From the NCBI GenBank assembly GCA_951406725.2, contig OX597837.1, positions 35,836,001 to 35,900,000 of the forward strand: a stretch of DNA of 64,000 nt, read 5' to 3'. A program made the position numbers and the translations under genes. The stretch is from Octopus vulgaris (taxonomy: Eukaryota). The stretch's first letter is position 1; every line of letters starts with the position of its first letter. The notes under the pieces are model-generated. The model made no database searches. It was not told where the DNA came from and saw only the letters and a list, made by a program, of their open reading frames with translations. Shown here piece by piece: positions 10,967-23,831 of this stretch.

Positions 10967-12318
10967 AGAGCTAGCATCAATAACGTAGCCACAGATTATC
11001 GGTGATAGTGTCAGAGCTAGCATCAATAACATAGCCACAGATTATCAGTGATAGTGTCAGAGCTAGCATCAATAACGTAGCCACAGATTATCGGTGATAG
11101 TGTCAGAGCTAGCATCAATAACGTAGCCACAGATTATCAGTGATAGTGTCAGTGCTAGCATTAATAACGTAACCACAGATTATTGGTGATAGTGTCAGAG
11201 CTAGCATCAATAACGTAGCCACAGATTATCGGTGATAGTGTCAGAGCTAGCATCAATAACATAGCCACAGATTATCAGTGATAGTGTCAGAGCTAGCATC
11301 AATAACGTAGCCACAGATTATCAGTGATAGTGTCAGAGCTAGCATCAATAACGTAGCCACAGATTATCGGTGATAGTGTCAGAGCTAGCATCAATAACGT
11401 AGCCACAGATTATCGGTGATAGTGTCAGAGTGTGAGTAGCATCAATAACGTAGCCACAGATTATCGGTGATAGTGTCAGAGCTAGCATCAATAACGTAGC
11501 CACAGATTATCAGTGATAGTGTCAGAGCTAGCATCAATAACGTAGCCACAGATTATCAGTGATAGTGTCAGAGCTAGCATCAATAACGTAGCCACAGATT
11601 ATCAGTGATAGTGTCAGAGCTAGCATCAATAACGTAGCCACAGATTATCAGTGATAGTGTCAGAGCTAGCATCAATAACGTAGCCACAGATTATCAGGTG
11701 ATAGTGTCAGAGCTAGCATCAATAACGTAGCCACAGATTATCAGTGATAGTGTCAGAGCTAGCATCAATAACGATAGCCACAGATTATCAGGTGATAGTG
11801 TCAGAGCTAGCATCAATAACGTAGCCACAGATTATCAGTGATAGTGTCAGAGCTAGCATCAATAACGTAGCCACAGATTATCGGTGATAGTGTCAGAGCT
11901 AGCATCAATAACGTAGCCACAGATTATCAGTGATAGTGTCAGAGCTAGCATCAATAACGTAGCCACAGATTATCAGTGATAGTGTCAGAGCTAGCATCAA
12001 TAACGTAGCCACAGATTATCAGTGATAGTGTCAGAGCTAGCATCAATAACGTAGCCACAGATTATCAGTGATAGTGTCAGAGCTAGCATCAATAACGTAG
12101 CCACAGATTATCGGTGATAGTGTCAGAGCTAGCATCAATAACGTAGCCACAGATTATCAGTGATAGTGTCAGAGCTAGCATCAATAACGTAGCCACAGAT
12201 TATCGGTGATAGTGTCAGAGCTAGCATCAATAACGTAGCCACAGATTATCGGTGATAGTGTCAGAGCTAGCATCAATAACGTAGCCACAGATTATCGGTG
12301 ATAGTGTCAGAGCTAGCA
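10967..12318. repeat. Homogeneous 46-bp minisatellite, about 29 copies
   Basis: Unit AGAGCTAGCATCAATAACGTAGCCACAGATTATC(A/G)GTGATAGTGTC; degenerate edge copies at about 10850-10966 and 12319-12350. Confidence 0.97.
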
Positions 12319-13537
12319 ACTGTAACATTAGCCACAGATTAACTGTGATACAGAAGATACCTTCTGAAATATTGATGGGTTATTTGCTGGAAAAAAAAGG
12401 AAAAAATTGAGAAATTCTTAAGTTATTAAGGGAAATAATAGAAGACAAGATTAGAATGATAATTAGTCTGACTATGATGTGTAATAATAATAATAATAAT
12501 AATAGCAATAATAATAATGATGATGATGATAGTAATAAATAGTAATAAAATCAATGATTTAGCCATTTTTAGACTTATTTCAGTGCTAAATTTTAGCCAA
12601 TAACTGCTTTTTGTTTTCATTGTTGCATTATTGCAAATATTTTTTTTTTTTTTGCTGTTGTTGTAGGTTTGAAAAGAAAAACAAAAGAGAAAAAAAAAAA
12701 AGCAAATTTAAATATTGCAATCTTTGATCATTTTTGTCTTTCAAAATGAACTCCTCTTCCTGCCACCACTAATAAAAAAACCCATCCACCACCTCGTTAC
12801 TCTCCACCCCCATCCTTTAAAAAAAAAATATTAGCAAAATGTAAAAAAAAAGTGTATGACAAAAATTTAATAAAATGGAATTTTTTTTTTTTTTTTGTCC
12901 CGGGTTGCTGGTTGGTTGACCGGTCGGTCGGTGTCTGAACTCATCAAAAAAACTCTATTTTCTTTCCATCTCTGCTACTACTATATACGTTTGCCTGGAT
13001 ATATTTATTAAAACTCTCATCGCATTCTTTGAATTGTCTTTGAATTCTCTCAGGTTATTGCTGCTGCTGCTGCCGTTGCTGTTGTAGTTGGCTTTTTTTT
13101 TCTTTTTTTTTTTTTGCAGTTGCGAATGCACCACAACAACAACAACAACAATCACTATCATCATCATCATCGCTATCACCATTATCAGTCATCATCATCA
13201 TCAACATCATCGTCATTACTGAGTGTGACAATTTCTTTTTGGTTGAAAGGAAAACACAGAAAAAAAAAGTTACTTTTTTTTTTTTTTCTTGACCCTTTCT
13301 TTGCAGTCGCAGGTTAGATCCTTAAGTTTTTGCAAATATTAAACCTTAAAAAAAAAATCATAGGAAAAAAAATAATAAAGCAGGGAAAACAAGTCAAAGA
13401 AAAATGGAACTAATTATGATATCTGAATGTTGTTAAATATATTTATTGCAACAAAATTAAGAACAAATTAAAATATTTAAATTTTATTTATTCATTTACA
13501 GATGGTAGAGTGACACAACAGACAATTTCAACACACA

Positions 13538-13592
<55 letters not shown>

Positions 13593-13606
13593 GTAATAAT
13601 GTAATA

Positions 13607-13795
13607 TAATATGTGACAATTATTCAGTTGCCATGATAAAACTCCAAGTTTCAGATGTCAGGGCAGAAATCTGCTCCGGCATCTCGTCAGTTATCAAGGC
13701 CTTCTTGATAACTGACGAGATGCCAGAGCAGATTTCTGCCCCGACATCCGAAACTCTGAGTTTTATTATGGCATTCGAATAATTGTCACATATTA
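13607..13795. ncRNA. Long palindrome whose two arms each encode a candidate type I hammerhead ribozyme (Penelope-like)
   Basis: Arms of about 92 bp with a 5-nt loop. + arm: stem I TGATAA/TTATTA, CTGACGA core 13712-13718, long stem II, GAAA 13750-13753, stem III ACTC/GAGT. Confidence 0.65.
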
Positions 13796-13868
13796 CATTT
13801 ACAGATAAATTCCTCTTTACATAATATCGAGGTCTCAATCATCCTTTTGTTGTCTTACCATTACTATT

Positions 13869-13917
<49 letters not shown>

Positions 13918-13925
13918 CCACACAT

Positions 13926-13972
<47 letters not shown>

Positions 13973-14164
13973 CATACATATATACACACACACACATATA
14001 TGAGAAGGAGATTCGTCTCTTATGTCCTACTTCCAAATTCTACAATTTGTTCTTGGAAGTAAGAATGGATATGAGACATATTGGCACAGCTGTTTTGGTG
14101 CCGCCTGTTTTGGCATCAAGGATTTAATGTTGACTTATTTGGATTCAAATATCTTAATGTGTCT

Positions 14165-14200
<36 letters not shown>

Positions 14201-15312
14201 ATCTCCCTCCCTTCCTCCCTCCTTATGTTTCTTGTTGTTTCTCTCCCCTTATCTCTTTTTATGCATCTGAGGAGAGAAGTGTTTGTCATTTCTATTCAAC
14301 TAATGTCTCTCTCTCCCCTCCCCTCTCCCCCTCTCTGTGTATGTCAGCATATTTCTTTTTGAGTCTGAGGAGAAAGAAAACATTTGTCAGTTGTATTCAA
14401 TTAACAGATTGTAATCTCTCTTCCTCCTTTTCTACTCTCTTTTTCTGTCTCTCTCTCTCTCTCCATTAGTGTCTGTCTCTCCCATATATATATATATATA
14501 TATATATAGGCGTGTGTATGTGACAATATTTCTCTTTGTTTATAAAGAGACAGGGTAAGTGTTTGTTAATTATGTTCAATTAATAAATTTTAATGACTCT
14601 ACTTTGCTCTCTCTTTTTCTCTCTCTGTTTATGTTTGAGAGCACATTTCTTTTTATGCACATAAGGAGCAGGAATGTGTTTGTCAGTTGTGTTCAATTAA
14701 TCGTAATCTCTCTCTCTATATATATACCTGTCTGTCTGTAAGCATATATTTCTGCATGTGTGTGTATGAGAGTGAGTTTGCTTCCAGTGCCAAACAGTAC
14801 TGTTGCCACAAAAGGAAGTTGAATGTCTGGTCAGCCATGCCAAATCATCTAATTCCAGGTGGTGTGTTGGTGGCAAGTCTTTGGGAAGCAAGCAGCTTAA
14901 CCATATGCCCATTCTTACACCTACAGGGACACACACATGCACACACACACACACACACACACTACAATTCTGATGAGTTCCTCTACCATTGCTGTTCAGA
15001 GTGTCTCACCTGTGTACAAATTATTCAGGTGATAAATATCTTAATTAATTTATGAACCAATAAATAACTATATAAGATTATGGAGTTTTTCTATTTTTTT
15101 TTTTATTTGTTTTGGGGATTGGAAGGGGTTAATTCAAAAGGGTTCATTACCTCTTAAATATTTCATAGGTTTTGGTGACAAAAACTGCAGGAATAAAGAC
15201 CCACAAATTCTAGTGAAAAAGAAAAAAAATTAAATGAAAATCACACAAACATCCACATATAGTTGAGTGAATAAACAAAAAGTAGCACTCAATACATTTT
15301 TTTAGGAGTTAT

Positions 15313-15487
15313 ATATATTTTAAATAGTGGCTTCACTCAGCTCCACGTGACTTAAAAGTTTCTTGGATGCATAGGACACGTTAGTTTCATCAGATGCTTG
15401 GAGCATCATCTGATGAGACTGGTGTCACCTACACGCACATGAAACTTAGTCATGTGGAGCTGGGTCAAACTGCTATTTAGAAATATA
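15313..15487. ncRNA. Second, more decayed hammerhead-like palindrome
   Basis: TCATCAGATG...CATCTGATGAG centre; CTGATGA 15410-15416, GAAAC 15441, GTC 15449-15451. Confidence 0.5.
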
Positions 15488-16423
15488 CACATGTACAAAC
15501 ACACACACACATATATATATATATACACTTTTTTGTTTTGTATTTTTTTATTAAAAGAATGAATTTGATTTGGAATAATAATGGACTGCCAAAATTGTTA
15601 GAATCCTGCTTGTGTGCAAGAAATTATATTTTTTTTGTTGTTGTTTATTCTGTAGCAAACGATGAAAATGATAATATATTATGAATAAAATAAATAAATT
15701 CATGAATTTTATTAATTATTAATTAAAATGATTTTTTTTTTGTCTAATTGGAAAAATTATTCCGACAAATTTTATGTTCTTTGATTAAATAAAACAGTTC
15801 TTTTTTTTTTTTTTTTTTTGGCCAAAACTGAAAATGTTCTATGCCGTTTACAGAGTTTTTTCTTTTTACTACCATGTTGAGGCTATAAACTTTGAGTGTG
15901 AGGATATCTGTAATGGACCAGCTGGTCATACTGACATATTGTAATAATAGTCGATATAAAACATTAGTTGGTTAGTTTCTACAGACATGTTTTGTATCAT
16001 ATAGAAAGAGTGTCAGCACAAAAAAAAAATGCAGATGAGTGCACATACTAGGCTTGGTGGCAGGCAATGATTAAAAGAATGCATTGCACACACCCTCATG
16101 GACACACAGACACTGAGATGGAAAAAATAATAGAGGAAGAAGAGTAAAAGGCCATAGTTATGGTACAAGTTATACAAAAGCATGCTAAGCAAAAATTGGC
16201 TGTCAGCTGACAATTTTTAAACAGTGATTGAAAGGTCACTAGTGTTGTATTTAGCTGGCAGGCTCAATGAAACTGTTGCCAATGGATAACTGTGGTGCCT
16301 TTGGGTACTTGCTTCTGATGAAGCTCAAACAAGCAGAAATCTGGATTTAGTTATGTCACTGTTACTGGATGAATTTTGTCTGCTACTGATATATTTCTGT
16401 GTTTTTTAACAATGTATGAGAAT

Positions 16424-16722
16424 GTAAGAGAACCATCCGAACGTGGCCATTGCCAGCGCCGCCCCGACTGGCCTCTGTGCCAGTGGCACATAAAAAGCAC
16501 CATCTGATCATGGCCGTTTGCCAGCTTCGTCTGGCACCTGTGCGGGTGGCACATAAAAAGCACCCACTACACTCTCGGAGTGGTTGGCATTAGGAAGGGC
16601 ATCCAGCTGTAGAAACACTGCCAGATCAGACTGGGCCTGGCGCAGCCTTCTGGCCTCCCAGACCCCAGTTGAGCTGTCCAACCCATGCTAGCATGGAAAA
16701 CGGACGTTAAACGGTGATGATG
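16424..16722 (+). mobile_element. SINE family E
   Basis: Reverse complement of 60014-60345, with internal repeated GTGGCACATAAAAAGCACC. Confidence 0.85.
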
Positions 16723-16831
16723 TCTATAAGGGATACTTTCTCGAGACAAATACTGCAGCTTAGAAGGCTTTCAATAATATATATACTTGTATCTTGAAGG
16801 TCTGATCTGACACTTCATCACAAACATTTCT

Positions 16832-17059
16832 GGCGAGCTGGCAGAATCGTTAGCACGCCAAGTGGAATGCTTAGTGGTATTTTGTCTGCCGTTGCATTCC
16901 GAGTTCAAATTCCGCCGAGGTCAACTTTGCCTTTCATCCTTTCGGGGTCGATTAAGTAAATACCAGTTACGCACTGGGGTTGATGCAATCTACTTAATCC
17001 TTTTGTCTGTCCTTGTTTGTCCCCTCTGTGTTTAGCTCCTTGTGGGCAATAAAGAAATA
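16832..17059 (+). mobile_element. SINE family B
   Basis: Full copy from head to GTGGGCAATAAAGAAATA tail. Confidence 0.9.
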
Positions 17060-17460
17060 TATCTTCTTTTCAGCTACTCACACCCACTCTTAAATAATGC
17101 GAAGTGCAACCATGTACCTCTTCTATTGCAAGACTCCTGTTCCTACCCTTTTGTGACTCTTTAGCCTTTCATCGCCTGACCTAAAACCAACCCCATCTCT
17201 ACAACGACCCCACTCAGTCGTGCGGGGTGGGGTTCTTTCTTTGTCTTTTCTGCTACTTGGTCACCTCACTAGTGTTGGTGCCACATAAAAAGTACCCAGT
17301 ACATGCTGTAAGGTGGATGATGTTCGGAAAAGTATCCAGCTGCTAACACCAAAGCAGACCCTGGGGCACAATGCAGTTCTTGGACTCCTTGGATTCTGTC
17401 ATAATGGTCAATGCATGTCAGGATGGAAACGGGATACGAAATAATGATGATAATATGCAC

Positions 17461-17860
17461 AGGCGTAGCTGTGTGGTAAGTAGCTTGCCTCCCAAAAACA
17501 TGGTTCTGGGTTCAGTCCCACAGCATGGCACCTTGGGCAAGTGTCTTCTACTATAGCTCTGGGCTGACCAAAGCCTTGTGAGTGGATTTGATAGATGGAA
17601 ACTAATAGAAACCCATCGTGTATGTGTGTGTGTGTGTATATATATATAGGTATGTATGTGTCTGTATTTGTCCTCCCCCCCCACTATGCTTGATAACTGA
17701 TGTTGGTGTGTTTACATCCCTGTAACTGAGTGGTTCAGCAAAAGAGACCGATAGAATAAGTACTAGTCTTACAAAGAATAAGTCCTGGTGTTGATTTCTT
17801 CGACTAAAGGCAGTGCTCCAGCATGGCCACAGTCAAATAACTGAAACAAGTAAAAGAAGA
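17461..17860 (+). mobile_element. SINE family A
   Basis: Full copy. Confidence 0.9.
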
Positions 17861-17863
17861 AAT

Positions 17864-18352
17864 ATATGAGGTATCAAAAAGTTCCCGGACTAGTTATGGT
17901 TAATAAAATACAAATAACTTATTTGCAAAAGTTTTAACATCTTTGAAATAGTCACCTTGCACAGCATTACACCTGTTCCAGTGTTCCTGTCATTTTTTGA
18001 ATCCAGCCTGGAAGTCATTTTCTATAAGTGAGTCAAAGACCTTCTGTAATTCATTCTAGATTTAGACAACAGTGTTAAAACGGCAACCTTTGAGCTGCCT
18101 TTTCACTCTGGGGAAGAGATAGGAGTCTGCGGCTGCTAAATCTGACAAATAGGGTTGGGGCAGAAGCAATGCCATGTTTTTGGCAGGAAACTTACGAGTG
18201 AGGGGACCTTTGCGACAGGGTGCATTGCTGTCGTGAAGGATCCAATTCTTTGTCCCCTATGGATCCGGTTGCCTTTGCCGAATGTCTTCCCTCAAATACT
18301 TCAGGTCTGGCTCTGGGGGAAGAATTGTTGATGCTCAATACCACATTTCCAG
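17864..18352 (-). mobile_element. Mariner 3' fragment (transposase pseudogene)
   Basis: Minus strand reads WILHDSNAP..PYLSDLAAADSYLFP..HWNRCNAVQGDYF. Terminal ATCAAAAAGTTCCCGG is also seen at about 30578. Confidence 0.85.
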
Positions 18353-18360
18353 AGAGGCAC

Positions 18361-18768
18361 AGGAGTGGCTGTGTGGTAAGTAGCTTGCTTACGAACCACA
18401 TTGTTCTGGGTTCAGTCCCACTGCGTGGCACCTTGGGCAACTGTCTCCTACTATAAAGCCTCGGGCTGACCAAAGCCTTGTGAGTGGATTTGGTAGACAG
18501 AAACTGAAAGAAGCCCCTCTTATGTATGTATATATATATGTGCGTGTGTGTATGTTTGTGTGTCTGTGTTTGTCCCCTCACCCCCCCCCAACATCGCTTG
18601 ACAACCGACGCTGGTGTGCTTACGTACCCGTAACTTAGCAGTTCGGCAAAAGAGACAGATAGAGTAAGTACTAGGCTTACAAAGAATAAGTCCTGGGGTC
18701 GATTTGCTCGACTAAAAGGCGGTGCCCCAGTATGGCCACAGACAAATGACTGAAACAAGTAAAAGAGT
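18361..18768 (+). mobile_element. SINE family A
   Basis: Full copy. Confidence 0.9.
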
Positions 18769-18774
18769 ATATGT

Positions 18775-19010
18775 GTGTATAGCAATGCCAACCACGAAAC
18801 TGGATGGCACTGCATAATACCAAAGATCCTATCTTTGCCATCTCAAATAAGGACCCAGTATTGCAAGATCTTGGGTTTCAGAGGACCATAACTGTTTAAC
18901 ACCCTCAGAGATTTCCAAGGTGTTGATGTGGAGGCCTTCATCAATGATATTTGCTATGTCTAAATATGTTAAGGGTCTGGAATATGTTGATAAACAGAAA
19001 CAATTGTCAG
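18775..19010 (+). mobile_element. CR1-like LINE ORF2 C-terminal remnant
   Basis: Reads TGWHCIIPKI..LGFRGP*LFNTL. Confidence 0.55.
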
Positions 19011-19080
19011 CTTTGTAAGGTGAGTTCTACAATTAATGATATGATTTTCACTATCTGCATTTATATATATATATATATAT

Positions 19081-19350
19081 GAGGCGCAATGGCCCAGTGG
19101 TTAGGGCAGCGGACTTGCAGTCGTAGGATCGCGGTTTCGATTCCCAGACCGGGTGTTGTGTGTGTTTATTGAGCGAAAACATCTAAAAAGCTCCACGAGG
19201 CTCTGGCAGGGGGTGGTGGAGATCCCTGCTGTACTCTTTCACCACTCTTTCTCTCACTCTTTCTTCTGCAGCAGGGTGGCATCATCTGAAGGCTAAAACA
19301 ATGCGAACGCATTGTGACCAGCGATGATCTGATGATCTGGTCGGTCACGT
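19081..19350 (+). mobile_element. SINE family C (tRNA-Arg-like head), internally deleted
   Basis: GGCCCAGTGGTTAGGGCAGCGGAC...GGTTTCGATTCCC; matches 57447-57815. Confidence 0.85.
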
Positions 19351-19984
19351 AATATACATATATATGTCCAAATAAAGGTTACAAACCACATTAAGGGATA
19401 ATAAAATCCAATGAAAATACTGGTTAGTTACCTATTTAAAAAGTGTTGAATATCAAAATTAATATTCAACTGTAACTCGATAAACCATGGTTTATATATA
19501 TTAAAAAATTAGACATCATCTCTGACAGCTGTTTCGATTCCAGACCTTTATAAATCAGTTACCATAATTAAAACCATTTAAAAAATAAAAAATAACGGAG
19601 GGATTGTGGATCACTACAGCTGTTTCGGACACGTTTATTTTTTATTGATGAACAGAAGTGTTACATGATGGGCTTCTTTTAGTTTTCATGTACCAGATCG
19701 ACTCACAAAATTTTGGATGGTACAAGGCTATCACAGAACACACTTTTCCAAAATGCCTTGCAATGGGACTGAACCCAGAACCATGTGATTGGGAATCAAG
19801 TCTTTTACCACACAGCCACGATACATAATTGAAAAATTTGGAGTCAACATTTTTAAGAGAATACACCATAACTATATATATACATATACATCTCTCTGTC
19901 TCTCACTATATATATATATATATATATGCACATGTATCTCTCTCTCTCTCTCTCTCTCTCCATATATATATATATATATCCTCT

Positions 19985-20387
19985 TTGTTCTTTTACTTGT
20001 TTCAGTAATTTGACTGCGGCCATGCTGGAGCACCGCCTTTAATTGAGCAACTCGACCCTGGGACTTATTCCTTTTGTAAGCCCAGTACTTATTCTATCGG
20101 TCTCTTTTGCCGAACTGCTAAGTTATGGGGACGTAAACACACCAGCATCGGTTGTCAAGCAATGCTAGGGGGACAAACACAGACACACAAACACACACAC
20201 ACACATATATATATATACATATATACGACAAGCTTCTTTCAGTTTCCGTCTACCAAATCCACTCACAAGGCATTGGTCGGCCCGGTGCTATAGCAGAACC
20301 TCAAGTGCCCAAGATGCCATGCAGTGGGACTGAACCCGGAACCATGTGGTTGGTTAGCAAGCTACTTACCACACAGCCTCTCCTGCG

Positions 20388-20390
<3 letters not shown>
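19985..20390 (-). mobile_element. SINE family A
   Basis: Full copy. Confidence 0.9.
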
Positions 20391-20430
<40 letters not shown>

Positions 20431-20533
20431 GCACATATGTATCTCTCTGTCTGTCTCTATATATATGCACATATCTCTCTCACTCTCTCTATCCCTCTCT
20501 CCCTCTCTCTGTCATATATATATATATATTTTG

Positions 20534-20565
<32 letters not shown>

Positions 20566-21022
20566 ATATATATGTATCTATGTATTCCGCATCCATATAT
20601 GTGTACAACATACACGAAGCTGTTTATCTAGCTCAGATCAGCAAATGAAAGGTTACCACTTGCATCAACAGCCGCAAGAGTTCTTGCTAAAGGAATCACC
20701 ATTATTGAAAGACATAAAGATTTTATAGTTTTCTTCTGAGGAAGCATAAATCATTTGCAGGGGTGGATAGGGTAGGTGAGGGTTAGGGGGTTAGGGTTGG
20801 GCTTGTGTACGAGGAAGAAGTTACGGAATGGGAATGGGGTGGAGAGTGGGGGGTGGAGGCTGTTTGAGAAAGTAATTAGTTTTAATTAATTTTATATAAA
20901 ACATAAACTAAAGAGGTACACAGACACACACACGTACGTACACACATGCACTCATACATTTATATACACACACTATACACATATATCTACATACACATGC
21001 ACAAATTGATAATGTGTACATA

Positions 21023-21095
<73 letters not shown>

Positions 21096-21444
21096 TTTAT
21101 ATTTATGTGCACATGTGTGTGTGTATATATATATAGATATATATAAATGTGATATATATATATATATATGATATAATATAATATATATTTTATATATGTG
21201 CATATATATTACATATATATTTCATATATATATGTATGTTTGTATATTCATATATATTATTCATGAATATGTATGATATATACATATATGTATATCTACA
21301 TGGTATATTAGCATATATTATACATGTGTATGTGTATATATATATGTGTGTGTGCATACACATGTTTTATACATACATGAATAATTCTGTTGCATGCAAA
21401 TAGATAAAGACACACATGTAGAATGTTGTAAAGAGGACAACAGA

Positions 21445-21786
21445 ATTCACATCAGCATCATCATCTGCCCTGCCACCACCATCGCCATCATGATTGTCAT
21501 CGTCATCATCATCACCATAATCATCATCATCATCATCATGGCCATCATGATCATCATTATCATCAATCATCATCATCATCGTCATTATAATCATCTTTCT
21601 TACTATCACCACCACCACCACCATCATCATGATTGTCCTCCTCATCCCCTCATCATCATCCTCATCAACCTCATCATCATCATCATCATCATTGTTGTCG
21701 TTGTCATCATCATCATCTTTCCTACAACCACCACCACTATCATGATAGTCATCATCATCATCATCGTCATCACCACCATCCTCATT

Positions 21787-21818
<32 letters not shown>

Positions 21819-22013
21819 TTTCATCATCATCGTCATCATTCTTGTCATCATCCTTTTCCTACAACCATCATAATGATAGTCATCTTCATCATTATCATCA
21901 TCATCATCATCTTCATCATCCTCATTATCATCATCATCATCATCATCACCATCATCATCATTATCATCATCATCATCATCCTCATCATCATCATCATCAT
22001 CATCCTCATCATC

Positions 22014-22045
<32 letters not shown>

Positions 22046-22140
22046 CACCATCACCATCATCATCATCACCATCATCGTCATCATCACCATCATCATCATT
22101 TTCTTCATCATCCTCCTCATCATCATCGTCATCAGCCATT
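21445..22140. repeat. (CAT)n trinucleotide microsatellite, about 700 bp
   Basis: Direct reading; source of the poly-H, poly-I, poly-M and poly-D ORFs. Confidence 0.97.
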
Positions 22141-22339
22141 TATTTTCCACTCAAGAACAACAATAACCATAACAGCTGTGTCAGTAAGCCAGCTGCACTC
22201 ACCACCACGACCACCACCAATAAAAATCGACAACAAACCAGACCCACCCCCACCCACTCCTTGTAGGTTAATTAATAAACATAACTTCAATTAAAAATCA
22301 TTTCGTTATCTTTAAACTGAAACTTTTCTTCAAAGTGCA

Positions 22340-22642
22340 TATAAGTGTATACGTGTGTGTATATAGACACATGTATGTACATATGTAAATGTGTGTATGT
22401 ATGTAATCTTTGTATGTTTGTATGCATATGTGTCTATGTATATTTGTGTGTATACTTGTGTGTGTGTGTGAGTGTGTATGTTTGCGTGTGTGTGTGTCAA
22501 TGTATGAGTATGTTTGATTATGCGTGCATGGTTTGTGTGTGTGCATGTATGATCATATGTATGTGGACCAGGTGTGTGCTTGAGTAGAGAATATATATAT
22601 ATATACATGTATGTGTATATATTTATTTATATATACATATAT

Positions 22643-22682
<40 letters not shown>

Positions 22683-22863
22683 CATAAACATAAATATGTA
22701 TATATCTATATATATATATACACACACACATAAATATATATATATGTATATAGATATAATGTGTATATATATATGTATATGCATATACATATATACATAT
22801 ATATACATATACATATATATTATATGTATATGTAAATATATATGCATTTATATGTATATATAC

Positions 22864-22918
<55 letters not shown>

Positions 22919-23312
22919 AATATATATACATATATATATGCATATACATATATACACATTTATATATATATATATACAGAGAGAGAGAGAGAGAGAGAGA
23001 TAAATAGATAGATAGATGCATATACATATATTGTGCGTGGGTGTATATAATATGTATTTATGCATATATATACATTATATGTATATATGTCTATAGATAT
23101 ATATGTATACAATCATGTATGTATTTCTGTGTGTGTATACATGTTTATGTATGCATGTGTGTGTATGTTTACATTATACATGTGGTTGTGTGTGGTTCTA
23201 GCTACATATATTTGTCAATGTTTTAATGTGTGTGTTTATGAGTAGGATTACGGGTATTTATGCATGTGTGTGTGTGTGTATGTGTGTGCGTGTGTGTGTG
23301 TGTGTGTGTGTA
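22340..23312. repeat. Compound (TA)n/(TG)n microsatellite
   Basis: Direct reading. Confidence 0.95.
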
Positions 23313-23591
23313 AGAGGCTTTCGAAAATGCAGTTTATCTCTCTTTAAAATTAATTGAAATCTTGGGGAAAATATTTGCGGAGAGCAAATAATGTCAGGGG
23401 ATATGTGTGTATGTATGTGTGTGTGTGGCTGTCTGGTTAAGAAGGTTCACTTTGCAACCTCCCGCTTTGAGGTTCAGTCCCACTGCACAGCATCTTGGAC
23501 AAGTTTTTGCCTGTTTCAACCTTTGACCAATAAAAGTCTTGCGAGTGGAACTATTAGACAGATACTGAAAGTAGACCATCAAATACATAGA

Positions 23592-23638
<47 letters not shown>

Positions 23639-23639
23639 C

Positions 23640-23772
23640 GGGAAAGTTTACGAAAATAAACAAAAGATGAAGGCAGGTGGTGTACAAACAAACAGATGTA
23701 TTAGTATTGTGCTGAGGAATAGAAAAAGTCTTTTACATTTCGAGTCTATGCTCTTCTACAGAAAGGGACACA
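23640..23772 (-). mobile_element. Penelope-like terminal repeat with a minimal hammerhead-like motif
   Basis: Reverse complement of 47298-47422. Confidence 0.6.
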
Positions 23773-23831
23773 GATATATATATGTTCTTTTATTCTTTTA
23801 CTTGTTTCAGTCATTTAACTGCCGCCATGAA

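Larger units (their letters stand above)
8372..15750 (+). other. Putative long 3' UTR
   Basis: Follows the stop codon. Many poly-T and poly-A tracts (9558, 12640, 12880, 13094, 13275) and AATAAA signals at about 12771, 13374, 15059 and 15684. The end position is inferred. Confidence 0.35.

Noticed and set aside
10996-11010. Resemblance of TATCAGTGATAG to the tet operator core (vector contamination)
   Set aside because: Only 12 bp match and the flanks differ from tetO. The array decays into native sequence at both edges, so coincidence is more likely.
10967-12318. CRISPR array
   Set aside because: Units are contiguous and near-identical with no unique spacers, there are no cas genes, and the context is eukaryotic.
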